DNA of 64,000 nucleotides from an uncultured Actinomycetes bacterium (lineage in GTDB: Bacteria; Actinomycetota; Acidimicrobiia; IMCC26256; PALSA-555), in the NCBI GenBank assembly GCA_963731625.1, contig CAVSWH010000023.1, positions 96,174-160,173 of the forward strand, written 5' to 3'. The position numbers were made by a program, and so were the translations under genes. The number at the start of each line of letters is the position of its first letter. Positions within the stretch are counted from its first letter, which is position 1. The notes under the pieces were generated by a model. The model saw only the letters and a program-made list of their open reading frames with translations. It had not been told where the DNA came from and made no database searches. Below are positions 43,878 to 53,137 of the stretch, one piece after another.

Positions 43878-46039
43878 CCCCGCCGGACGCGCCGAGCACC
43901 CCGGACCCGGCGTTCGGCGGCCTCGGCGCGGGCGCGGACCCCGAGACGCTGCTCGCCCAGCTCACGCCCGACGAGCGGATGGCGATGATGTCGGGCGACG
44001 ACGAGTTCTGGCCGGGTCTCGTCGAGATGCTGCGCGGCGGGTACGGGCACACGCCCTACGTGGGCGGCTCGATCGCCCGCCTGGGCCTGCCCGGGATCCG
44101 CTTCACCGACGGGCCCCGCGGCGTCACCGTGGGCCACTCGACGTGCTTCCCGGTCTCGATGGCGCGCGGCGCGACGTGGGACCTCGAGCTGGAGGAGCGC
44201 GTCGCCGTCGTGATGGGTGCCGAGGCGCGGGCCCAGGGCGCCAACCTCATCGGGAGCGTGTGCGTCAACCTGCTCCACCATCCCGCGTGGGGCCGTGCGC
44301 AGGAGACCTACGGCGAGGACCCGATCCACGTCGGCGAGCTCGGGGCGGCCGCCGTGCGCGGCCTGCAGCGCCACGTCATGGCCTGCGTCAAGCACTTCGC
44401 GATGAACAACTACGAGAACGCTCGCTTCCAGATCGACGTCACCGCCTCGCCGCGGGTGCTCCACGAGGTGTACCTGCGCCAGTTCCAGCGCTGCGTCGCC
44501 GAGGGCGCGGCGTGCGTGATGAGCGCCTACAACTCGGTGAACGGCGCCTGGTGCGGCGAGAACCGGCCGCTGCTCACCGAGATCCTCCGTGACCGGTGGG
44601 GGTTCGAGGGGTTCGTGATCACCGACTGGATCTTCGGGATGCGCGACGCGGCCCGGGCGGCGCTCGCCGGCCAGGACGTCGAGATGCCCTTCCGCATGCA
44701 CTACGCACACCACCTGCCGGGCCTCGTCGACTCGGGCGCCGTCCCCGTCGAGGTCGTCGACGCCGCGGCGCGTTGCCTGCTCACGACCATGGCCCGCTTC
44801 GCCGTGTCGACCCAGCCGGCGGCGCTCGAGGACGTCGCCGGCCCGGCGCATCGCGCCCTGGCCCGCGAGGTCGCGCAGCGGGCCTGTGTGCTGCTGCGCA
44901 ACGAGACGGTCGACCGGGCGCCGGTGCTGCCCCTCGAGCGGGCGCGGCTGCGACGCCTCGCCGTGATCGGGCCGCTCGCCGACCGGGTCAACACCGGCGA
45001 CGCCGCGTCGAGCGACGTGCGGCCGCCCGAGGTCGTGACGCCGCTCGCCGGGCTGCGGTCCGCGCTCGGCGACGTCGTCGTCCATGACGACGGCACCGAC
45101 CCGACCCGCGCGGCCTCCCTCGCGGCCGCCGCCGACGCCGCGGTCGTGGTCGTCGGCTACACGAGCGCCGACGAGGGCGAGTACCTCAACCCGTCGGAGA
45201 ACCCTGAGCTCTTCGCGCTGTTTCCGCCCCTCGCACCCGACTCGCCGGAGGCCAGCCGCCTCGACGACTCGATCGGCACCCGGGCGCAGCGACCGCAGGG
45301 TGGCGACCGGGTCTCGCTCACCCTCCGCGACGCGGACGAGGCGCTGCTGCGGGCCGTCGCCGCCGCGCAGCCGCGCACCATCGCCGTGCTCGTCACCGGC
45401 AGCGCCGTCGTCACCGAGCGGTGGCGCGCCGCCGTGCCGGCCATCCTCGTCGCGTGGTACTCGGGGATGGAGGGTGGCCACGCGCTCGCCGACGTCGTCC
45501 TCGGCCGCGTCACGCCTTCGGGCCGGCTCCCGTGCGCGTTCCCGGTCGACGCGCAGGACCTGCCGCCCTTCGACCGACAGGCGCGCCAGGTCGAGTACGG
45601 GCTGTGGCACGGCCAGCAGCACCTCGACCGCGCCGGGCGCCCCGCGGCGTTCCCGCTCGGGTTCGGGCTGTCGTACACCGAGTTCGGGTACGGCCCCGTC
45701 ACGGTCGCGCTCGGCGACGAGCACGTCGACCTCACGGTCGCCGTCACGAACCGCGGTGACCGTGACGGCATCGAGGTCGTGCAGTGCTACGCCGAGGCGC
45801 CGGGATCCGCCGTCGAGCGTCCCGTGCGCTGGCTCGTCGGGTTCGTCCCCGTCCGGGTGGGCGCCGGCGCGACGAGCACCGCCCGACTCCGCGTCCCACT
45901 CGATCGTCTGGCCTACTGGGACGTCGGGCGCGACGGCTTCGTCGTGGAGCCGATCAGCTACCGGCTCGTCGTCGCCCCGCACGCCGCCGCGCCGGGCACG
46001 GCGACGACCCTGGATCTGCGCGACCGCCCCGGCTCGTAG
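43874..46039 (+). CDS. glycoside hydrolase family 3 (beta-glucosidase-type)
   Basis: ATG at 43874 inside ORF 43400..46039. Blocks GIRFTDGPRGV, KHFAMNNYENAR and GFVITDW (nucleophile Asp context), plus a C-terminal fibronectin-like domain. Confidence 0.92.
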   Translation: MTPPDAPSTPDPAFGGLGAGADPETLLAQLTPDERMAMMSGDDEFWPGLVEMLRGGYGHTPYVGGSIARLGLPGIRFTDGPRGVTVGHSTCFPVSMARGATWDLELEERVAVVMGAEARAQGANLIGSVCVNLLHHPAWGRAQETYGEDPIHVGELGAAAVRGLQRHVMACVKHFAMNNYENARFQIDVTASPRVLHEVYLRQFQRCVAEGAACVMSAYNSVNGAWCGENRPLLTEILRDRWGFEGFVITDWIFGMRDAARAALAGQDVEMPFRMHYAHHLPGLVDSGAVPVEVVDAAARCLLTTMARFAVSTQPAALEDVAGPAHRALAREVAQRACVLLRNETVDRAPVLPLERARLRRLAVIGPLADRVNTGDAASSDVRPPEVVTPLAGLRSALGDVVVHDDGTDPTRAASLAAAADAAVVVVGYTSADEGEYLNPSENPELFALFPPLAPDSPEASRLDDSIGTRAQRPQGGDRVSLTLRDADEALLRAVAAAQPRTIAVLVTGSAVVTERWRAAVPAILVAWYSGMEGGHALADVVLGRVTPSGRLPCAFPVDAQDLPPFDRQARQVEYGLWHGQQHLDRAGRPAAFPLGFGLSYTEFGYGPVTVALGDEHVDLTVAVTNRGDRDGIEVVQCYAEAPGSAVERPVRWLVGFVPVRVGAGATSTARLRVPLDRLAYWDVGRDGFVVEPISYRLVVAPHAAAPGTATTLDLRDRPGS

Positions 46040-46063
46040 GCGCCGCGGGGGCGCCGGGCGGGC

Positions 46064-46741
46064 TCAGCCCGGTCGCCGCCACGGCGACACGGACGGCGGC
46101 ACGGGCAGGTCACGGCTGTCCTCGGTGGGGACCGGCGTGCCTGGGGTCAGCGTCACGGGGACGACGCCCGTCCAGCGCGGGACGGCCCGGTCGGCGTCGC
46201 TCGCCTCGGCCGGCGGCCCGGTGCGGACCTTGGCCGACGCCTCGTCGATCGGGACCGAGAGCACCATCGTGTCGCGCAGCTCGTCGTCGGTCGGTGCGCG
46301 CGCCTCGTCGACGCGGCCCGGCACGATGTGGTCGACGATCCGCGCCAGCGCCGAGGTGGCCTCGTCGCCTCGGAGCCGCGTCGCTGTCCCGAGCACGACG
46401 GCGCAGCGGTAGTTGAGGGAGTGGTTGCGCTGCGAGTGGGCGAGCACCAGGCCGTCGATGAGCGTCACGGTGACGCACACCCGCACGCCGCGGTCGAGCG
46501 ACCGCAGCAGGCGGCTCGCCACCGAGCCGTGGAGCAGCAGCCGGTCACCGACGCGCCCGCAGGCCATCGGGATGACGAACGGCTGACCGTCGACGGCGAT
46601 GCCCACGTGCGCGACGAACGCCTCGTCCAGGATCGCGTCGACGGTGGCCCGGTCGTAGCGACCCCGCTCGGGCTTGCGTCGGATCGTGGTGTTCGGCGTC
46701 GTCGTGAGGTCGGTCGGCACCCCGGCATGCTGACAGCCCAC
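46064..46741 (-). CDS. pyridoxamine 5'-phosphate oxidase family (FMN-binding split-barrel) protein
   Basis: The real coding part of ORF 46064..47197 begins at GTG 46741 or 46720. RRKPERGRYDRATVDAILDEAFVAHVGIAVDGQPFVIPMACGRVGDRLLLHGS is typical of the PPOX class. Confidence 0.8.
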   Translation of the reverse strand: MGCQHAGVPTDLTTTPNTTIRRKPERGRYDRATVDAILDEAFVAHVGIAVDGQPFVIPMACGRVGDRLLLHGSVASRLLRSLDRGVRVCVTVTLIDGLVLAHSQRNHSLNYRCAVVLGTATRLRGDEATSALARIVDHIVPGRVDEARAPTDDELRDTMVLSVPIDEASAKVRTGPPAEASDADRAVPRWTGVVPVTLTPGTPVPTEDSRDLPVPPSVSPWRRPG

Positions 46742-46769
46742 GCGTCGCGCAGACGACCGGTTTTCTCCG

Positions 46770-47603
46770 TCAGGGATCGCGGTCGAGCTCGGCGTCGAGC
46801 AGCGCGGAGAAGGGCTCGGCCGCGTCGCGCTCGAGCCACGGGGTGTGGCCGCAGTGGTCGAGCAGCTCCCAGCGGAAGTCGGCGAGCACGGGCGCGAGCG
46901 GGCCGCGCACGCCGTCGGCGGGATGCGGGTCGTAGTCGCCGTGGATGGCGAGCACCGGGCAGCGGATCCGTGCGCCGAGCGCGACGAGCTCGCCGCTGGC
47001 GCGCAGCGCGCGGACCTCGCGCCACACGGCGTCGTAGACGTCGGGCAGGTCCTCGAGGGCGCCGACGTCGAGTGTGACGGGGTCCCAGGCGTCGACCCGG
47101 GCGAAGAGCCGATCGACGACAGCCATCGCCGCCTGGCGTGCCGGTGCCGACGCGTGCTCGTCGTCGAGGACGGCGCGGGCCTCGTCGGCGGTCTCACGTT
47201 CGTGGGCGTCGAGACGGGAGAGGCGGGTCGCCAGCGTCGCCGCGCCCGAGGCCTCGTCGAAGGGTGCGCTGGCCACGAGGATCAGCCGGCGGACCCGCTC
47301 GGGGTGGGACGCGGCGGCGAGGTAGCCGAGCACGGCACCCCACGAGTGCCCGACGAGCGTCACCGGGTACCGGGCGTCGCCCTCGGCGAGGAGCGATTCC
47401 AGCTCGGCGAGCTGGCCGGCGAGCGACGGGGCGCGCTGCAGCGGCTCGAGCACGCCCCGGCGGGCGCCGAGCCGCGTCGCGACGGGCGCGAGGTAGCCGG
47501 GTGCGCCGGGGCCGCCGTGCAGGACGGCGACGCGAAACGGCGCTCGCCCATAGCGGCGCACGCCGGGGACACGCCACGAGTGCTCCGCCGCCACGCGATC
47601 CAT
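46770..47603 (-). CDS. alpha/beta hydrolase
   Basis: ATG at 47601-47603 inside ORF 46770..47888. VAVLHGGPGA, the nucleophile elbow GHSWGA, and distal IHGDYD and CGHTPW. Confidence 0.8.
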   Translation of the reverse strand: MDRVAAEHSWRVPGVRRYGRAPFRVAVLHGGPGAPGYLAPVATRLGARRGVLEPLQRAPSLAGQLAELESLLAEGDARYPVTLVGHSWGAVLGYLAAASHPERVRRLILVASAPFDEASGAATLATRLSRLDAHERETADEARAVLDDEHASAPARQAAMAVVDRLFARVDAWDPVTLDVGALEDLPDVYDAVWREVRALRASGELVALGARIRCPVLAIHGDYDPHPADGVRGPLAPVLADFRWELLDHCGHTPWLERDAAEPFSALLDAELDRDP

Positions 47604-48597
47604 GAAACCACGAAGGACCCCGACCGCTGGGCCGACGTCACGGGCCGCCGCGCGCGGCACACTCGAGGACGTGTCGTCGACCACGCCGTTCCGGTTCGGG
47701 CTGCAGGTCCCGCGCACCGACTCGCGAGCCGCGCTGCTCGCCGTCGGCCGACGCGCCGAGGAGCTGGGCTTCGACACCGTGGTCGTCGCGGACCACGTCG
47801 TCGAGGGGCTGCTGGCCCCCCTGGCCGCGCTGGCGGCGCTCGCCGGGGCGACGACGCGGGTCCGCCTCGGCACGCTCGTGCTGAACAACGACTGGCGTCA
47901 CCCGGCGCTGCTCGCCCGCGAGGCCGCGACCCTCGACCTCCTGAGCGAGGGGCGCCTCGAGCTCGGTGTCGGCGCGGGGCACGCCGCACCCGAGTACGCC
48001 GAGGTGGGGCTGCCGTTCGACCCGCCGGCCGCCCGCGTCGCCCGGCTCGAGGAATCGGTCGGGATCCTGCGCCGGCTCTTCGACGGCGAGACGGTCAGCG
48101 TCGACGGCGCCTCGTACCACCTGGCCGAGCACCGGCTGTTCCCCGTCCGCCGGCCGCGCCTGCTCGTCGGCGGCAACGGCGACCGCGTGCTGCGCCTCGC
48201 GGCACGCGAGGCCGACATCGTCGGGTTCACCGGGCTGGGCCGCACCCGCGCCGACGGGCAGACGCACGACGTCGCCTGGGACGAGGCCAGCGTCGACGCG
48301 AAGGTCGCGATCGTGCGGGACGCAGCCGGCCCACGCCTCCCGGCGCTCGAGCTGAACGCGCTCGTGCAGCAGATCCTGATCACCGACGACCGGGACGAGG
48401 CGATCGCGCCGATGGCGTCGTTCACGGGCGTCGAGCCGGCGACGCTGCTCGCCTCGCCCTACGTGCTCGTCGGGTCGGTGCCCCAGATCGTCGAGCAGCT
48501 GCACCGGTCGCGGGCGCGCTGGGGGTTCTCGTACTTCGTCACGCGGGACGTGGACGCGACCGCCCCGGTGATCGAGCGGCTCCGCCGAGGGTCCTGA
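47602..48597 (+). CDS. LLM-class F420-dependent oxidoreductase
   Basis: 331-aa ORF. TPFRFGLQV ... LGFDTVVVADH ... RVRLGTLVLNNDWRHPALLAREAATLDLLSEGRLELGVGAGH. The start may instead be the GTG at 47671 (VSSTTPFRFGLQ). Confidence 0.85.
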   Translation: MKPRRTPTAGPTSRAAARGTLEDVSSTTPFRFGLQVPRTDSRAALLAVGRRAEELGFDTVVVADHVVEGLLAPLAALAALAGATTRVRLGTLVLNNDWRHPALLAREAATLDLLSEGRLELGVGAGHAAPEYAEVGLPFDPPAARVARLEESVGILRRLFDGETVSVDGASYHLAEHRLFPVRRPRLLVGGNGDRVLRLAAREADIVGFTGLGRTRADGQTHDVAWDEASVDAKVAIVRDAAGPRLPALELNALVQQILITDDRDEAIAPMASFTGVEPATLLASPYVLVGSVPQIVEQLHRSRARWGFSYFVTRDVDATAPVIERLRRGS

Positions 48598-48623
48598 GCG
48601 GGCGGCGGGTCGCGCGCGTCGGC

Positions 48624-50030
48624 TCAGGCCGCGGACTGGCGGGCGCTGAGCCGGACGGAGGCGCTCTGCTGGTCGCCCGACGCGTCGACCCAGACGATCT
48701 TCACCGAGTCGCCCGGGTGCTTCGTCGAGATGATCTGGGTGAGCTGGTTGGCCGACGTGATCGACTGGCCGTCGACCGACACGATCTGGTCGCCCTGGGT
48801 CAGGCCGGCGTTGTCCGCCGGGCTCCCGGACTGCACGCCCGAGATGACGACGCCGGTGCCGCCACCGCTGCCCGAGTTGCCGAACCGGCCGCCGCCGCCG
48901 CCGCCGAAGCCCCCGTCGCCGAACCCGCCACCGGGCCCGCCGCCGCCGTCCGAGACGTCGACGCCCAGGAAGCCTTCCTGGCCGGCGCTCACGTTGCCGT
49001 TGCTCTTGCCCGTCTCGATCTGGTGCACGATCGTCAGCGCGTCGTTCACCGGGATCGCGTAGCCGTCGTTCGTCCCGCCCTGAGGGATGTTGCCCTGCGC
49101 GGCCGCGGTGTTCATGCCGATGACGTGGCCGGTCGCGTCGAAGAGCGGGCCGCCCGAGTTCCCCGGCTCGAGCTGGGCGTTGGTCTCGACCAGGTCGCTC
49201 AGCTGCTCGTTCGCGCCGAGGTCGCTGCGCACGCTGATCGCCCGGTTGAGCCCCGTGACCGCGCCGGAGGTCACGGTGGGCGGGCCCGCCTTGTTGTAGG
49301 CGTTGCCGATCGCGACGACCGCGTCGCCGACCGCGAGCTGTGAGGAGTTGCCGAGCGTGATGGTCGGGAGACCGGACGCGCCTTCCGCTTGGATGAGCGC
49401 GACGTCGTCGACGACGTCGGTGCCGAGCACGTGCGCCGGGTAGGTGCGGTCGCTGTTCGAGATCTTGACGGTGATCGACGCGGAGCCCTCGATCACGTGG
49501 TTGTTGGTCAGGATCTCACCCGTCGAGGTGAGGATCATCCCGGTGCCGGCTGCCTCGCCCGCCTGGCCGGCGAGCGTCGAGGTCACGTCGACGATGGCGG
49601 GGTCCTCGTTGTTCGCGATGCTGCTCGGGTCGACCTTCGACTGGCTCACCGAGCGGGCGGCGGTCGAGGGCGCCGCGGCCGAGCTGCTGAACGGGTTCGA
49701 GGTGCCGTTCGACGCGTAGGCGAGGATCCCGCCCGCGGCGAGCGCGAGCACGGTCGCGGCGATCACCGCGCCGAGCGCGCCGTGGCGGCGCCGCCGTGGC
49801 TGGCGCCGGCGACCGCCGGGCGGGACGCCCGGGGGCTGGGGTGGCCAGGCGCCGTACCCGCCGCCGCCCGGGGCGGTCGGGGGGCCGCCGACCCCGCCCC
49901 ATCCGGCGGGGTGCTCCGGCGGGACCCACACGGCGGTGGGCTCGGAGCGGGGCGGGAGCGTCGGGTCGGGCCCGGCCGGCGGGCGGCCGGGCGGGGGCGG
50001 CCGCTCCTCGTCGTCGTCCCACCAGGTCAT
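48624..50030 (-). CDS. HtrA/DegP-like trypsin-type serine protease with PDZ domain
   Basis: ATG at 50028-50030 (AAGGGAGA upstream). A Pro-rich cytoplasmic N-terminus and one TM segment. The catalytic triad contexts are TNNHVIEG, DVALIQ and GNSGGPLF. A Gly-rich linker leads to the C-terminal PDZ domain (GVVISGVQSGSPADNAGL). Confidence 0.9.
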   Translation of the reverse strand: MTWWDDDEERPPPPGRPPAGPDPTLPPRSEPTAVWVPPEHPAGWGGVGGPPTAPGGGGYGAWPPQPPGVPPGGRRRQPRRRRHGALGAVIAATVLALAAGGILAYASNGTSNPFSSSAAAPSTAARSVSQSKVDPSSIANNEDPAIVDVTSTLAGQAGEAAGTGMILTSTGEILTNNHVIEGSASITVKISNSDRTYPAHVLGTDVVDDVALIQAEGASGLPTITLGNSSQLAVGDAVVAIGNAYNKAGPPTVTSGAVTGLNRAISVRSDLGANEQLSDLVETNAQLEPGNSGGPLFDATGHVIGMNTAAAQGNIPQGGTNDGYAIPVNDALTIVHQIETGKSNGNVSAGQEGFLGVDVSDGGGGPGGGFGDGGFGGGGGGRFGNSGSGGGTGVVISGVQSGSPADNAGLTQGDQIVSVDGQSITSANQLTQIISTKHPGDSVKIVWVDASGDQQSASVRLSARQSAA

Positions 50031-50208
50031 CGAGCTCGTCTCCCTTGTGCCGCACCCAGTTTGCACGGTCCGCGCCGCCGCGCCGCACTGGCCGATCTTC
50101 GTCGGCGGGGCTGAACCCCACCTGTGAATACACGCCAGATGTCGCCTGATCGTTCCCGAAACGTCACCGGGGTGTGAGCCCGCCGCCGGCAACGAGGGGC
50201 TCGGGGCG

Positions 50209-51454
50209 GTGGCGTGGACGGTGGCCGCCGGGGAGACTCCGCCCGTGACCCCCGGCGTGGCCTCGGACGACCCGGCCCGCCCGCTCGCCGGCATCCGGGT
50301 GCTCGACCTCACCACGTTCCTCTCCGGGCCGGTCGCGGCGCGCACCCTCGCGGACCTGGGCGCCGACGTCGTGCGGGTCGAGCCGCCCCGCGGGGACCCG
50401 ACCCGCGCCGGGACCGGCCTCGCGAAGGGCGACCCGCCATCGGCCTTCTACGTGGCGCTGCACCGTGACCGCCGGGCGATCGTCCTCGACCTGAAGACCG
50501 ACGCGGGTCGCGGCGTGCTGCGCGACCTCGCCGCCGGGTCCGACGTGCTGCTCGAGAACTTCCGTCCGGGCGTCACCGAACGGCTGGCGATCCGCGACGC
50601 AGACCTGCGCCCGGCCAACCCGGGCCTCGTGTACTGCACGATCACGGGGTTCGGGCCCGACGGCCCGTACTCGCAGCTGCCCGCGACCGACGGCGCGGTG
50701 CAGGCCTTCAGCGGGGTGCTCGAGCTGACCGGCCCGCCCGGCGGGCTCGGGCTGCCCGTGCCGCTCCCCCTCGCCGACCTGCTCGCCGGCGCGACCGCGG
50801 CGCAGGGGGTCCTCGCCGCGCTCGTCGCCCGGGGCCGGCACGGCCGGGGGACGCACCTCGACGTGAGCATGGTCGAGGCGCTCCTCGGCTGGCTGCTCGT
50901 CGGCGACCGGGAGCGCACGCTCGCACCGCCGACGACGTTCGTCGTCTCGGGCCGCGACGAGGTCCCGATCCTCGTGCAGACGTCGCTGCACTTCCAGGGC
51001 CGCCTCGCCACGCTCCTCGCCGCGGTCCCCGGGTGCGGCGCGCTCGCCGACGACGCGCGCTTCGCGACCCGGGACGGCCGACGGGAGCATCTCGACGACT
51101 ACCTCGCGATCGTCCGCCGCGCGTTCGCGACCCGCACGAGCGCCGAGTGGCTCGACGGCCCTCGCCGCGATCGGCATCCCCGCCTCGCGGGTGCAGCGCA
51201 TCGACGACGCCCTCGCGCACCCCCAGCTCGCCCACCGGGGGTCGATCCTCGGCGTCGACGTGCCCGGCCTCGGACACGAGGAGGTCCTCGCCAGCCCGTT
51301 CCGCTTCGACGGGCAGCGCAAGACCGACACCACCGCGCCGCCGACCCTCGGGGAGCACACCCGCGAGGTCCTGCGCGACGTGCTCGGCTACGACGACTCC
51401 CGCCTCGCGGCGCTCGCCGCCGACGGGGCATTCGGCGACCGGCCGTCCCCTTAG
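50209..51454 (+). pseudogene. family III CoA-transferase (CaiB/BaiF-type) interrupted by a +1 frameshift
   Basis: Frame 1 encodes PLAGIRVLDLTTFLSGPVAARTLADLGADVVRVE ... up to EWLDG at about 51159. The expected continuation LAAIGIPASRVQRIDDALAHPQLAHRGS...LGEHTREVL is in frame 2 through the stop at 51452-54. An extra base in the run GGCCC (51157-61) explains the shift. The N-terminal start is ambiguous (GTGs at 50209-50257). Confidence 0.75.
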
Positions 51455-52623
51455 CTGCGGGCCAGCACGCCCTTCGCGACGCACTTCAGCCCGGGCTGGC
51501 CGGCGTAGCCGAGGTGGGCCAGGCCGAACGCGTCCTCGAGGCCGCAGAGCAGTGCGTAGTGGTTGTAGGGGGTCGCGTCCGTCGTGTTCGGCTTCACCGT
51601 CGGCGAGAGGATCAGCGCGCCGACCTGACCGCCTCCCGGCCCGTTGCCGCCGGCCTGCGCGACGTTCGGGGCCTTCTGCTCGTTGCAGCAGGCGCTCGAG
51701 TCGCCGTTCAGCGTGCCCTGCTCGGCCTCGTCGAAGGTGATGATGAGCACGCCACCCTTCTTGTAGGCCGGGGACGCGGTGATGCGCGGCACCCAGGTCT
51801 GCAGGAACGCGTTGGCGCTCACGAGGCCGCCGGGCCGGCCGTCGACGCACGGCGCGTCGTGGCCGTCGTCGCACAGGTTCGGTGTGATGAACGAGAAGTT
51901 CGGGGTCGTCGAGGCGGACGTCAGGTCCTTCGGCAGCTGCGTGAGGTCGACCACGTCGGTATTGCACGACGGTGAGCCGATGATCGACTGGAAGTACACG
52001 AACGGGTTGTGCCGCGTCGCGTACTGGTCACCCTGGCGCGCCACCACCGTCGGGTCGGACTGGCCGAGCACCGGGTGGCGACACGTCGTCGGCTCGGTCG
52101 TCGAGTTCGCCATGTCCTCCTGGTACGTCTTCCAGGTGAGCCCCTTCGCCGTGAGCTGGTCGGCGATCGTCTGCACCGACGACGGGTAGACGCAGCCGTC
52201 ACCGAGGACCTGGCCGAGCGCGGCCATGCCGGTGACGGTGAAGGGGTTGTACGTGGTGCAGTCGCCAGCGGTCTGCATGCTCGGCCCCTGCCCGCTGATC
52301 TCGGCGATGTAGTTGGGCAGGCTGACGTGGCCGATCGCGTAGTAGTTCGGCAGGAACAGGCCGCGGCGTCGCAGCGTCGTCGCGAGGTACGGCGCGAGCG
52401 AGCCCGAGTCCCACGTCTCCGAGAACGTCTTGTTCTCGAGGTTGATGAGGAAGACGTGCAGCGACGTCGGCGCCGGCTTCGCCGCCCCGGGGGTCGCGGC
52501 GCCGGCCGCGGCGGGCGCCGCGACGAGCGCGACGGCGACGGCGGCGGCGCCCGCGAGGCAACGCCGGACCGGCCGGCGGCGGGAGGCGGGAGCGGTGGCG
52601 AGACGTCGTGGCGTGGCGTGCAT
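51451..52623 (-). CDS. secreted phosphoesterase family protein (phospholipase C / acid phosphatase-type)
   Basis: ATG at 52621-52623 inside ORF 51451..52917. Arg-rich signal MHATPRRLATAPASRRRPVRRCLAGAAAVAVALVAAPAAAGA, then HVFLINLENKTF ... SLPNYIAEISG ... RHNPFVYF ... ITPNLCDDGHD. Confidence 0.85.
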   Translation of the reverse strand: MHATPRRLATAPASRRRPVRRCLAGAAAVAVALVAAPAAAGAATPGAAKPAPTSLHVFLINLENKTFSETWDSGSLAPYLATTLRRRGLFLPNYYAIGHVSLPNYIAEISGQGPSMQTAGDCTTYNPFTVTGMAALGQVLGDGCVYPSSVQTIADQLTAKGLTWKTYQEDMANSTTEPTTCRHPVLGQSDPTVVARQGDQYATRHNPFVYFQSIIGSPSCNTDVVDLTQLPKDLTSASTTPNFSFITPNLCDDGHDAPCVDGRPGGLVSANAFLQTWVPRITASPAYKKGGVLIITFDEAEQGTLNGDSSACCNEQKAPNVAQAGGNGPGGGQVGALILSPTVKPNTTDATPYNHYALLCGLEDAFGLAHLGYAGQPGLKCVAKGVLARS

Positions 52624-52897
52624 CCGAGCAGGTGGGCGTCCCCCGCGCCAGTCACCCCCGCCGGAACCGGGCACCGTCCCCGCAACGGTCGCCCGCCGTT
52701 CACCGGCGAGACACCCCGCCCGGCTCTTACCGGATTCTTCGTCGCGACTCGCCAGACTCGTACCCGTCGGGCGCAGGGTGTCCGGTGATGGCTCCCACCA
52801 CCGCCCCTGATCCTCGGTCCCGCCGGCGTCCCCCCGCGCCGGCGCCCCGGGCCCGCGCCGCCACGCCGCGGCGCGGGCCCGGTGGGTCGCGACCGGC

Positions 52898-53098
52898 GTG
52901 TCGGCGGTGGCGTTCACCGGTCTCGTCGCGGCGATGGCCGCCGGTCAGGGCAGCGCGGCGGCGACGGGCACCACGGCGAGCGCCTCGTCGAGCACGTCGT
53001 CGAGCAGCACGTCGTCGTCGAGCCAGTCCAGCGGCGTGTCCGCCAGCCCCGCGTCGAGCGGGGCGTCGCAGACGGTCACGTCGAGCCATGCGAGCTGA
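52898..53098 (+). CDS. possible small membrane-anchored Ser/Thr-rich protein (very weak)
   Basis: 66-aa ORF (GTG start), VSAVAFTGLVAAMAAGQG followed by a Ser-rich tail. The antisense frame (52945..53241) shares GC3 phase, so coding strand and reality cannot be decided from sequence alone. Confidence 0.2.
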   Translation: MSAVAFTGLVAAMAAGQGSAAATGTTASASSSTSSSSTSSSSQSSGVSASPASSGASQTVTSSHAS

Positions 53099-53137
53099 CC
53101 CGCGGCGCGCCGGCGCCGCCGACCGTGAGGGGATGGC

